Positions 10,602-19,092 of a DNA stretch of 61,910 bases are shown here, piece after piece. Both the position numbers and the translations under genes were made by a program. The notes below the pieces were generated by a model. The model was given only the letters and a program-made list of their open reading frames with translations, did not search any database and had not been told where the DNA came from. The stretch lies in NCBI GenBank assembly GCA_021163115.1, contig JAGGXK010000099.1:1-61910 (forward strand). The letters are read 5' to 3'. Position 1 is the stretch's first letter, and every line of letters starts with the position of its first letter. Origin of the DNA: Desulfurococcales archaeon. Its GTDB lineage: Archaea > Thermoproteota > Thermoprotei_A > Sulfolobales > Desulfurococcaceae.

Positions 10602-10683
10602 CGTGGAGTTTATTATCTGGATATAGGCTCAAATCCTACAGTATAGAGCTAATAAACCTGGTTAATAATAAAGTATCTACTAG

Positions 10684-10899
10684 GTGGATACAATGAGTGG
10701 CAAGCATGGAAAGTACGTCTATGTTGAACGCAGTGATGGATGGTATGTCAAGGTTAGAGTATTGAAGAGTAGAGATGCTACTGACCCAACGAGATATATT
10801 GTAGTTGGGCCTAAGACAAAGAACCCTCCATTAACATATAAGGTGTTAAAGGAAGAAGAGCTACCAGATGATGTAAAGCCTGAGCTATACAAGATTTAA
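10684..10899 (+). CDS. small hypothetical protein (start may be the ATG at 10693)
   Basis: 71-aa ORF in otherwise empty intergenic space. No motif recognised. Confidence 0.4.
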   Translation: MDTMSGKHGKYVYVERSDGWYVKVRVLKSRDATDPTRYIVVGPKTKNPPLTYKVLKEEELPDDVKPELYKI

Positions 10900-10944
10900 T
10901 CCCTTAAAGACATAGTATAGTAGGGATGCTGAAGCCGACATAGA

Positions 10945-11003
10945 CAGACAACAGGGATGAAGAGGGGTCGATTGTCTGACCATTGTTTTTATAAGGTGTT
11001 TTT
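10945..11003 (+). terminator. hairpin plus two T5 runs downstream of the 71-aa ORF
   Basis: CAGACAA (10945-10951) pairs with TTGTCTG (10972-10978). It is followed by TTTTT at 10985-10989 and 10999-11003. Oligo-T tracts act as archaeal termination signals. Confidence 0.3.
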
Positions 11004-11049
11004 GGAAAGAATTAAATAACTGTATAGAACCACGTAGAGTAATATAGAT

Positions 11050-11155
11050 GGGCCCGTAGCTCAGCCTGGTAGAGCGGCGGACAGCAACCGAGAAGCCTGG
11101 TTGCTGGCTGAAGCTCTTAACCCGTAGGTCCCGGGTTCAAATCCCGGCGGGCCCG
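11050..11155 (+). tRNA. tRNA-Lys (anticodon CUU) containing a 32-nt intron; CCA not encoded
   Basis: Hand-folded cloverleaf. Acceptor stem GGGCCCG/CGGGCCC, D arm GCTC-AGCCTGGTA-GAGC, T arm CCGGG-TTCAAAT-CCCGG. After intron removal the anticodon arm is GCGGG-CUCUUAA-CCCGU. Confidence 0.9.
11081..11112 (+). other. tRNA intron at non-canonical position 30/31 within a bulge-helix-bulge motif
   Basis: Helix AGAG(11071-74)/CUCU(11114-17). Bulge AAG (11111-13). 4-bp helix CGGC(11075-78)/GCUG(11107-10). Bulge GGA (11079-81). 8-bp intron helix CAGCAACC(11082-89)/GGUUGCUG(11099-11106). Confidence 0.8.
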
Positions 11156-11213
11156 CTGCCTCATTCTATTTCTATGAAAAGAATCACATGAATAATGATC
11201 GGTTGCTGGTACC

Positions 11214-11993
11214 ATGGATAAATTAAGGAAGATATATGACGGGATCTATGTAGTTGCTGATACTCCAGTTATATACATAGAACCTATCCAAGCAATAGTT
11301 TTTGCTGATACACACCTTGGTTTCGAAGAAGATATGGCCCGTCAAGGGATCTTTATTCCCAGGGCCCAGTTTAAGAAGCTCTCCAGAGTACTAGATAAAG
11401 TGTTTTCAATACTTAATGATATCGAGCAGGTTATAATTAACGGAGATGTAAAACATGCATTTGATAGATTATTGAGGCAGGAAAGGGTAGAAGTTAAGCA
11501 ACTTCTTGAACGCCTCACTAGTACAGTAAAGAATGTTATTATAATTAGAGGCAATCACGATAACTATCTTCCTCTCGTGTTAAGAGACTATAATATAGAA
11601 CTAAAGACACATTACTTAATTAAAATGTATGGAAACCACGTACTTATAACCCATGGTCATAAAATAGTCAAGGATGTAACACAGGATCTCATAATAATAG
11701 GCCATGAACACCCAAGTATAGCCATGGTGGATGATCTGGGATTTATAGCGAGAACTCAAGCATACCTAAGAATACCGTTAACAATAAATGCTGAAATATT
11801 AGTACTACCAGCTATAGGTGCGTACCAGCCAGGAAACAAGGTCTCTTTATATCGAGATACCTTTCTATCACCCTATATTCGTAGATATGGTATTGTAGAA
11901 GAAGCTATACCCTATATATTGATTGAGGGCCACGGAGCTTTTGAGATGCCTAAGCTAAAGCACATATTAGGTAATATTTTAAAGATACTATAG
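11214..11993 (+). CDS. metallophosphoesterase (calcineurin-like, SbcD-related family)
   Basis: DTHLG, GDVKH, GNHD, THGH and GHEHP motifs in the canonical order. Confidence 0.8.
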   Translation: MDKLRKIYDGIYVVADTPVIYIEPIQAIVFADTHLGFEEDMARQGIFIPRAQFKKLSRVLDKVFSILNDIEQVIINGDVKHAFDRLLRQERVEVKQLLERLTSTVKNVIIIRGNHDNYLPLVLRDYNIELKTHYLIKMYGNHVLITHGHKIVKDVTQDLIIIGHEHPSIAMVDDLGFIARTQAYLRIPLTINAEILVLPAIGAYQPGNKVSLYRDTFLSPYIRRYGIVEEAIPYILIEGHGAFEMPKLKHILGNILKIL

Positions 11994-12088
11994 AGACTAT
12001 ATAAGGGTGTGAGATAAGCTTTTATAAGACTTTGTTTTCAAACCCCTTATAAACCTCTGCTTACGATTTTTTAAAGGGGTGTATACGT

Positions 12089-12661
12089 ATGTTTAGAGAG
12101 CATGGTATTAGACCAACTACTAAGATAGAGAATATTGTTGCTACAGTAATTCTTGAGCAACAACTAGATCTTAATGCTATAGAGAGAAATGTACCTAATG
12201 TAACTTATCAGCCAGATCAGTTTCCAGGACTTATATTAAGGCTTGACAAGCCGAAGACTACAGCCCTAATATTTAAATCAGGTAAGATGGTTGTTACTGG
12301 TGCTAAGAGTACACAAATGCTTATTCAGGCAGTGAAGAGGATAATTCAGCTTCTAAGAAAACATGAAATATACATTACAGGTAGGCCGAAGATCCAGGTC
12401 CAGAACATTGTTGCATCAGGAGATATACATGCACAGGTAAATCTTGAGAGAGCAGCTTATCTCCTTGAGGATAGCATGTATGAGCCTGAGCAGTTTCCAG
12501 GACTTATACATCGTATGAGAGATCCTAGGGTAGTATTACTGATCTTTAGTAGCGGTAAAATGGTTATAACAGGAGCTAAAGAAGAACAGGAGGTAGAGGA
12601 TGCGGTTGTAAGAATTGCACAGAGGCTTAAAGAGCTGGGTTGTCTGAAGCCTAGAATCTAA
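12089..12661 (+). CDS. tbp: TATA-box binding protein
   Basis: Two direct repeats, each with ENIVA(T/S)...QFPGLI.R...P....L.F.SGK.V.TGAK. Confidence 0.95.
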   Translation: MFREHGIRPTTKIENIVATVILEQQLDLNAIERNVPNVTYQPDQFPGLILRLDKPKTTALIFKSGKMVVTGAKSTQMLIQAVKRIIQLLRKHEIYITGRPKIQVQNIVASGDIHAQVNLERAAYLLEDSMYEPEQFPGLIHRMRDPRVVLLIFSSGKMVITGAKEEQEVEDAVVRIAQRLKELGCLKPRI

Positions 12662-12841
12662 TACACTGTTTTATTATGGAGTTATTTAACACAATCTTTA
12701 CCCTGGATACATTAAAGAATTTTTAACTTTTATCCATTGTCCTTAAATTAGCATGATACATGCTTATAGGATCAAAGATTTGTTTAAAAGAGTTCTTCCA
12801 TATACTCTTTATTAAGATGATGACGTGGGCAGCCTGGGACC

Positions 12842-13318
12842 ATGGAGGGGGATGAAGAGCCTAGTCTCACACTGAACGATCCTGCTGAAGGAACTATTAT
12901 TGTAATTGATCTTGATAGATTTAAGGAAATTGTACAGGAAAAAGGATGGGATGAGTACAAGCCCAATATCGTAACTGGTACTTTAACTAGTCTAGTAGAA
13001 TTTTTTTCTAGAAAATGGCAGGGCGTTATAGTTTTTGGGCTTGATCCTCAAAGGGGGACTGAAGAGGCTATAATAGAGATACCTTTCATAAATCCTTTAG
13101 ATGTAAAGAATGATCTCATTAATATTAGGGATGAGATCAATAAACTTGGTGTGGGAGTAACAATTGTGGCTGTAAGAGACATAGTTATTGCTAGGCCAGC
13201 AAGAAATAGGAGGGAAGCATATTACGGGACCCCGGGAAGGAGGAGAGCACTAAAGATCCTGAGATCGATTAAACGAAAGGGCGGTAATAAAGTCTACATA
13301 GAGGGTTTAACTATTTAA
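12842..13318 (+). CDS. small protein with GGDEF/nucleotidyl-cyclase-like (minimal palm) motif pattern and basic tail
   Basis: IIVIDLDRFKEIV resembles GGDEF DIDxFKxIN. RGTEEAIIEIP resembles GGEEFaillP. VGVTIVAV lies where the following beta strand is expected. The function is inference only. Confidence 0.45.
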   Translation: MEGDEEPSLTLNDPAEGTIIVIDLDRFKEIVQEKGWDEYKPNIVTGTLTSLVEFFSRKWQGVIVFGLDPQRGTEEAIIEIPFINPLDVKNDLINIRDEINKLGVGVTIVAVRDIVIARPARNRREAYYGTPGRRRALKILRSIKRKGGNKVYIEGLTI

Positions 13319-13382
13319 TGTGCTAGGCCATTAAGTAAGTACAGTAAATTATTGCTTAAAAGAAATATTTACCATTCTATTA

Positions 13383-13928
13383 TTAGGATCTTATTTTCTT
13401 AGATACCACTATTTCCATTATTCCTATTAAAAGCATGGTCCCTGCAAATATTGTTATTATAAAAGCTGGTATTGAAAGATAGGCGTGTTTCCGGTTTATA
13501 AAGTATATTGTAGTATTGACTGTTATGGTGCAGTTCTGTGGATCAGAATATAGGACTGTCTTTAAATCATCAATTAGTACGGTTGTTTTCTTATTTGGCT
13601 CAATCTTTAACGGTATAATCTTTGATTTAACCAAGCTTACTTCAGCTGAACAGTTATATTTTGATGTAAACTCCATAGTTGTATTGCCCAGTATTGGTGT
13701 ATCGGGTGTTAATCCATATAGGTTCCATATAGGTTCCAGGATCCCCCTTGATAGGTCTAATTCTTTATAATATTTTTCTGTACATACCTCAGTTTTTAGT
13801 GCGAGCAGGCTCATCCATAAAGCTATAAGAAGTAATGCTGTAGAGATAAGCACAAGTACTCTTCCTTCCTGGCCGACAAGGAAGTCTATAATTTTCTTCA
13901 TTACTAATACATCCCTCAGTAACCTCAT
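13383..13928 (-). CDS. two-TM membrane protein with beta-rich, N-glycosylation-sequon-rich central domain
   Basis: TM near the N-terminus (VLVLISTALLLIALWMSLLAL) and near the C-terminus (IPAFIITIFAGTMLLIGIM). Confidence 0.5.
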   Translation of the reverse strand: MRLLRDVLVMKKIIDFLVGQEGRVLVLISTALLLIALWMSLLALKTEVCTEKYYKELDLSRGILEPIWNLYGLTPDTPILGNTTMEFTSKYNCSAEVSLVKSKIIPLKIEPNKKTTVLIDDLKTVLYSDPQNCTITVNTTIYFINRKHAYLSIPAFIITIFAGTMLLIGIMEIVVSKKIRS

Positions 13929-14009
13929 ATCTAAAACAGGTTTTTATTTTTCTATAACGTTTTTATAATGCATATAGTATAGTTCTAACCTACTTGGGGG
14001 CATAATCTA

Positions 14010-14837
14010 GTGACGGGACGTAGGAAGAAGAGAGAACGATCTAATAAAGCTCTGGCTGCATCAATAATTTTAGCAATTATATGGAGTGTAATTGTCGTAG
14101 CCAATATTCCAGTATATTCAACTCCCTATAGTATTGATGTAAAAGTTAGTAATGCAGAGAAATATATTATTGAAGTAAAGTTTATCAATATAACCTATAT
14201 TGGTATAACCTCAGGAATACCAGATGGTACACCAATAGTTTTTAAGATATACATAGGTTCTATGGAGAGGCTTTTAGCTATAGTTCCCTACCATAAGAAT
14301 ATTCCTCAATACCCTAATGCCACGAAATACATAGTATTTAGCAACCCAGTAAACACTACGGTAAGACTCGCTGATAACCTATCACGGACATATAATACAG
14401 ATGCAGCCTATGTTATAGGTATGCCATTCTTTGGCAGATCGATCACATATATTGTACATAACCCGTTCTATATAGCATTCTTTACATTAAGGCTATTACT
14501 TGGCGGTAAAATAAATATATTTATCAATAGTACTATCAAGACTGGTATGCTGTTCCTTGGTATAATATATGATAATGGGGATAGGGATATTATTAAAATT
14601 GATCTATCGATCGATAAGACCTCAATAAATACACATAATAATATAAGCAATATATACATAGATTATGCAATTATAGATAAACACTTCTTTAAATTAAGAT
14701 ATGACCCCCAGAATAAAGAGCTAGTTCTATCACCATGGGATAATCTCCCATTATTCCTAAGTATTGAATTCTTGTTGATTTTACTGTCAGTATATCTTAG
14801 GTTAAGGCGTGTTGGTAAGCGCAAGAAGAGTCTTTAA
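14010..14837 (+). CDS. two-TM membrane protein with extracellular central domain
   Basis: Basic N-terminus plus TM (ALAASIILAIIWSVIVVA) and a C-terminal TM plus basic tail (LFLSIEFLLILLSVYLRLRRVGKRKK). GTG start. Confidence 0.5.
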   Translation: MTGRRKKRERSNKALAASIILAIIWSVIVVANIPVYSTPYSIDVKVSNAEKYIIEVKFINITYIGITSGIPDGTPIVFKIYIGSMERLLAIVPYHKNIPQYPNATKYIVFSNPVNTTVRLADNLSRTYNTDAAYVIGMPFFGRSITYIVHNPFYIAFFTLRLLLGGKINIFINSTIKTGMLFLGIIYDNGDRDIIKIDLSIDKTSINTHNNISNIYIDYAIIDKHFFKLRYDPQNKELVLSPWDNLPLFLSIEFLLILLSVYLRLRRVGKRKKSL

Positions 14838-14989
14838 CCGTATGTAGAGTAGGTAAGAGGTTTATCTAAACATTACTGTAGCTTCCTTAACATTATTGTG
14901 TTGTTAAGATATGTTCAACAGAAAAGGTTTAAATAGTGTGGTGAAGTAGTGGGAAAATAGCAAATAGAAAGATAAATAGGGTTGATAGT

Positions 14990-17833
14990 ATGAATTATAG
15001 ATTCCTGGCTATAATCCTATTCACAGTACTTGTATTATCTATTACAGCCCCCGCTCTTGCAGTAACCCCTAGTGTAGGTCAAGCAGCAGGACCTGGCCCG
15101 GCATCCGATGTATTGATATATAAGAGAGTTAAGGAAGAGGATGTTGTTGTAGCCCTTGGTACAGAGATCGACATGTATCTATACCACATTGACCCATCCA
15201 AGGCTGAGCAGCTTAAGCAGAACCCTAATGTAGTACTCTATACTGCCCCAGCAGGTCTTGTTGACTATTGTGTTAACCCTGCACCAGTATATACAGCAAA
15301 CTATACTGGAACACTAACCAAGGAGGAGGTTGCACAGAGAGAGGGTGTACCAGTAGCTGCTATCACCTATTTTGAGCAGGGTAATGGATGGACTTATGTA
15401 GAGTTCGGTGCCTATCCAGGTAAGGGTATTAACCCATTTGCATTTAGGAAGGTAAGGCTTGCGCTAAACTATCTAATTGATAGGGACTACGTTATAAACA
15501 GTATTTACATGGGATATGCCGCACCTATGTATACATTCTTGTCAGCCTATGATCCTAACTATGATATTATAGCACCTATTGTAGCCCAGTACAGGTTTAC
15601 CTACAACCCACAGCTAGCTGACCAAATGATAAGTGAGGTATTAACAGCTGTTGGGGCAGAGAAGGGAGCAGATGGATACTGGTACTATGACGGGAAGCCG
15701 ATCACAATCAATGGTATTATAAGACCAGAGGATGAAAGAAAGGAGCTAGGTGATATACTAGCCACAGAGCTAGAGAAGCTCGGTATAAAAGTCAATAGAA
15801 TGTATCAGCAATTTGGCGAGGCAATCTATAGAGTATACTATACTGACCCAGCAGACTTTGAATGGCATTTCTACACTGAGGGATGGGGTAAGAGTGGTAT
15901 TGATAGATGGGACTATGGTACCATCAACCAGTTTGGTGCACCATGGTATGGGTGGATGCCAGGCTATGGAGAACCAACTTTCTGGAACTATAAGAACAAG
16001 ACAATAGATGAGCTTGGCCAGAAGATCTTCTTCGGTCTCTTCAAGAGCAAGGAGGAATACGAACAACTATATGCTAATGCTACCAAGTTAATTATAGAGG
16101 AAAGTGTTAGAATATGGATTGCTACAACCCTCGATATCTATCCAGCACTTAACACGGTCAAGGGCATTACAATAGACTTAGGTGCAGGACTTAGAGGTAT
16201 ATGGAACCCGAGAGAAGTCTTCATACCTGGTAGTGATACAGTTAGAATAGGTCACAGGTACGTATGGACGCCAACCAGTATCTGGAACATCTATGGAGGC
16301 TTTACAGACGTGTACAGTGTTGATATAGAGAGAGCAACCTACGATCCATTCATGTGGGCACACCCAACAACTGGTGAGCCTATTCCATTTAGAACAGACT
16401 ATACTGTAGAGACGGCAGGACCTGATGGCAAACTCGATGTACCAGAAAATGCTCTAATGTGGAATGCAACAGCTGATGAATGGCAGCCCGTAGGTAGTGG
16501 TGTACAGGCCACAAGTAAGGTAACATTTGACCTAAGCAAGGTTATTGGTACTAAGTGGCACCACGGCATAAACATTACCTGGGCTGATGTAATAGGTACA
16601 TGGGCTTATCTACTTGAACTAACATTTGATCCAGAGAAGTCCCAGATCGAGGGCAGTATTGCTGGAGTAAATGCCCCAATACTTGAGAAGATAAAGGGAT
16701 TCGTGTTCGATACAGTAAACAATACCCTAACAGTCTATGTAGACTATTGGCACTTTGATGTAAACTATATAGCAAACTATGCAGTACTAACTGCAATCAA
16801 CCCGATAGAGCTACATGAGGCAATGTTCTACCTAGCATTTAACGAGAAGAGCTATGCACTAAGTGATACCAGAGCTGAAGCAGAGCAGATACCGCAGCTA
16901 AGCCTTGTACTATCAGACCACGCAGCTGATGTAAAGAGAGTTCTTGAGTCATTCAAGGGAGATACAGCTGTATATGATGGGGTAGCTAAGTATGTCACTG
17001 TTAATGGGCAGACATTCCTAACACAAGACGAGTGGGAGGCTAGACTAGATGCAGCCATTAACTGGATAGATGAACATGGTCATGCATGGATAAGCCAGGG
17101 CTCATTCTATATTGACAGCTTCAACCCAGAAGGACAGGTTGTAGTATTGAAGGCATTTAGAGACCCCACCTACCCGTTTAAGCCTGGTGACTGGTACTTC
17201 GGTACACCAACTCTAACCAAGATAACCCGGGTTTTCGCACCAGTAATTGAGCCTGGTGCACCAGCCCAGATTACTGTAAAGGTGCAGGGTGAGCAACCAA
17301 TAACTGTAAGCTATGTAATAAGCGATCCTGCTACTGGAGAGGTATTGGCAACCGGTGCTGCAGAGAACATATCAGCAGACACATTTGTCATAAACCTACC
17401 AGCTGATTTAACAAGCAACTTTAAGGAGTATGCAGCATACGAGCTACTAATTATTGCAAAGAGTGAGAAAGTAGCACTACTAGACTATACAAGAACAGTG
17501 TTACAAACCACCGCAGCCCTAACAACAAGGTTGACAGAACTACAGCAGCAGCTAGCACAGCAGCTAGGACAGCAGCTAGGAAGTGCTGTACAACAAGCGT
17601 TTACTCAAGTACAGACATCTATAAACGCTCTAGATCAGAAGATAAGCGACCTAGATAGCAAGGTATCACAGCTCCTAGGACTTAATGTAGCCACACCTGA
17701 AGACGTAAATGCTGTAAAGGAGAAGGTTACCGGCCTAGAAGGTGCTGTAGGTACGTTACAGGCTCTAATAGCTGTAACTCTAGTACTTGTACTAGTAAAT
17801 ATTGCATTATTATTTGTAGCAAAGAGGAAGTAA
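14990..17833 (+). CDS. ABC transporter substrate-binding protein (family 5, peptide/oligosaccharide type) with C-terminal stalk and TM anchor
   Basis: Signal peptide, an SBP_bac_5-like core (RKVRLALNYLIDRDYVINSIY...), and position upstream of Opp-type permease genes. Confidence 0.85.
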   Translation: MNYRFLAIILFTVLVLSITAPALAVTPSVGQAAGPGPASDVLIYKRVKEEDVVVALGTEIDMYLYHIDPSKAEQLKQNPNVVLYTAPAGLVDYCVNPAPVYTANYTGTLTKEEVAQREGVPVAAITYFEQGNGWTYVEFGAYPGKGINPFAFRKVRLALNYLIDRDYVINSIYMGYAAPMYTFLSAYDPNYDIIAPIVAQYRFTYNPQLADQMISEVLTAVGAEKGADGYWYYDGKPITINGIIRPEDERKELGDILATELEKLGIKVNRMYQQFGEAIYRVYYTDPADFEWHFYTEGWGKSGIDRWDYGTINQFGAPWYGWMPGYGEPTFWNYKNKTIDELGQKIFFGLFKSKEEYEQLYANATKLIIEESVRIWIATTLDIYPALNTVKGITIDLGAGLRGIWNPREVFIPGSDTVRIGHRYVWTPTSIWNIYGGFTDVYSVDIERATYDPFMWAHPTTGEPIPFRTDYTVETAGPDGKLDVPENALMWNATADEWQPVGSGVQATSKVTFDLSKVIGTKWHHGINITWADVIGTWAYLLELTFDPEKSQIEGSIAGVNAPILEKIKGFVFDTVNNTLTVYVDYWHFDVNYIANYAVLTAINPIELHEAMFYLAFNEKSYALSDTRAEAEQIPQLSLVLSDHAADVKRVLESFKGDTAVYDGVAKYVTVNGQTFLTQDEWEARLDAAINWIDEHGHAWISQGSFYIDSFNPEGQVVVLKAFRDPTYPFKPGDWYFGTPTLTKITRVFAPVIEPGAPAQITVKVQGEQPITVSYVISDPATGEVLATGAAENISADTFVINLPADLTSNFKEYAAYELLIIAKSEKVALLDYTRTVLQTTAALTTRLTELQQQLAQQLGQQLGSAVQQAFTQVQTSINALDQKISDLDSKVSQLLGLNVATPEDVNAVKEKVTGLEGAVGTLQALIAVTLVLVLVNIALLFVAKRK

Positions 17834-18000
17834 TAAATTAATTAACAAAAATTTATTACAAAATATTTTTTAATGCATTCTTTACAGTATTCAAAGCTAA
17901 TAAGCGATAACCTACTTCGTCATAGATCGTTTTAGAAAACAATTTAAATACAGGTTATGCCTTACCATATTTTCGGTTGTTATAATGGGCTTATGAGTGG

Positions 18001-19086
18001 GTGGAAATGCCGGGGGTTGGCCGTATCTTAGTTAGAAGAGCTATAGCGTTATCAATTGCCCTGGTTATAATAGTTATGTTAACTGCTGTTATAATGGAGG
18101 CTACTGGGTATTCTACTAAGGTATGGTTGGCAATAATTAATGAGCAGGTTAGAGCTCTTCAAATGCAATTGCAGCAAAGACAAGTACCTATTGATGAGCA
18201 AAGAGAGATTCTTGAGACATATAAGGAGAATTTAACAAAAATATATGGCCTTGATAAACCATGGTATGTTAGAGTAATGCCGTTGGTTCAGAGAACATTA
18301 GTGTTTGATCTAGGTATAACTACTAAGACCTCACCAGCTGAAGTAGCTGGTGTCTCGGTACCAGTAAGAGTTGCTGATCTAATATTCATAACTCTACCTA
18401 GAACCATAGTAATGCTGACGGTGGCATATCTTATTTGTGCGGCCATAGCATTATCCATTGCCCCCCGTCTAGCCTATAGACACGGTACTCTGCTTGATAG
18501 AGGCGTTATTACCTATGCAGCACTCTTTAATGCTGTTCCAGTATGGTGGCTTGGAATGGTATTCCTATTCTTCTTTGCTTACAACCTACGCTTGGTACCA
18601 ACATCTGGAAGGGGAATAATACCGTTAATCAATAATTTCTGGCAGGATCCATGGAACAACTTCATTGGCATACTACATTATGCTGCTCTTCCAGTATTTA
18701 CTGTAGTAATAGTACTTCTTGGTAGCTGGCTCTATGGTATTAGAGCTATGGTGTTAAGGGTTGTTAGAGAAGACTATGTACTTGTAGCTAAGGCAAAAGG
18801 GTTGCCTGAGAAACTTATTGCCAGAAGATATATACTAAGGGTAATGGCACCTCCTGTTACAACCTATGTAATACTTGCTCTAGCAGGATCTCTAGGCGGC
18901 TACATTATTACAGAGTCTGTGTTTGACTGGCCTGGAATGGGGAGCCTATACTATGCAGCAATAACAAGTGCAGATGTACCTACAATCCTTGGTCTAACCT
19001 ATGTACTTACACTAGTGTATGTGTGTGCAAGGTTTCTTCTCGAGGTTCTATACATTATCCTAGACCCAAGAGTAAGGCTAGGGTGA
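18001..19086 (+). CDS. ABC transporter permease (OppB/DppB-like)
   Basis: Six TM segments and the BPD_transp_1 EAA-like region (DYVLVAKAKGLPE...). The real start may be the ATG at 18007. Confidence 0.9.
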   Translation: MEMPGVGRILVRRAIALSIALVIIVMLTAVIMEATGYSTKVWLAIINEQVRALQMQLQQRQVPIDEQREILETYKENLTKIYGLDKPWYVRVMPLVQRTLVFDLGITTKTSPAEVAGVSVPVRVADLIFITLPRTIVMLTVAYLICAAIALSIAPRLAYRHGTLLDRGVITYAALFNAVPVWWLGMVFLFFFAYNLRLVPTSGRGIIPLINNFWQDPWNNFIGILHYAALPVFTVVIVLLGSWLYGIRAMVLRVVREDYVLVAKAKGLPEKLIARRYILRVMAPPVTTYVILALAGSLGGYIITESVFDWPGMGSLYYAAITSADVPTILGLTYVLTLVYVCARFLLEVLYIILDPRVRLG

Positions 19087-19092
19087 TGGGAT

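Noticed and set aside
10923-10979. Box C/D-like arrangement (GGGAUGC ... GGGAUGA ... CUGA) upstream of the tRNA.
   Set aside because: Both C-type boxes deviate from the consensus, D' is absent, and the spacing to the D box is 15 nt. The CUGA is part of a 7-bp hairpin that a terminator-like structure followed by T runs explains better.
12817-12823. Perfect AUGAUGA C-box sequence just upstream of the 12842 start codon.
   Set aside because: No CUGA lies at the appropriate distance and there is no second box pair. It is probably part of the 5' leader.
12784-12966. 60-aa minus-strand ORF overlapping the start of the palm-like gene.
   Set aside because: It is short, Ser-rich and antisense to a better-supported ORF.
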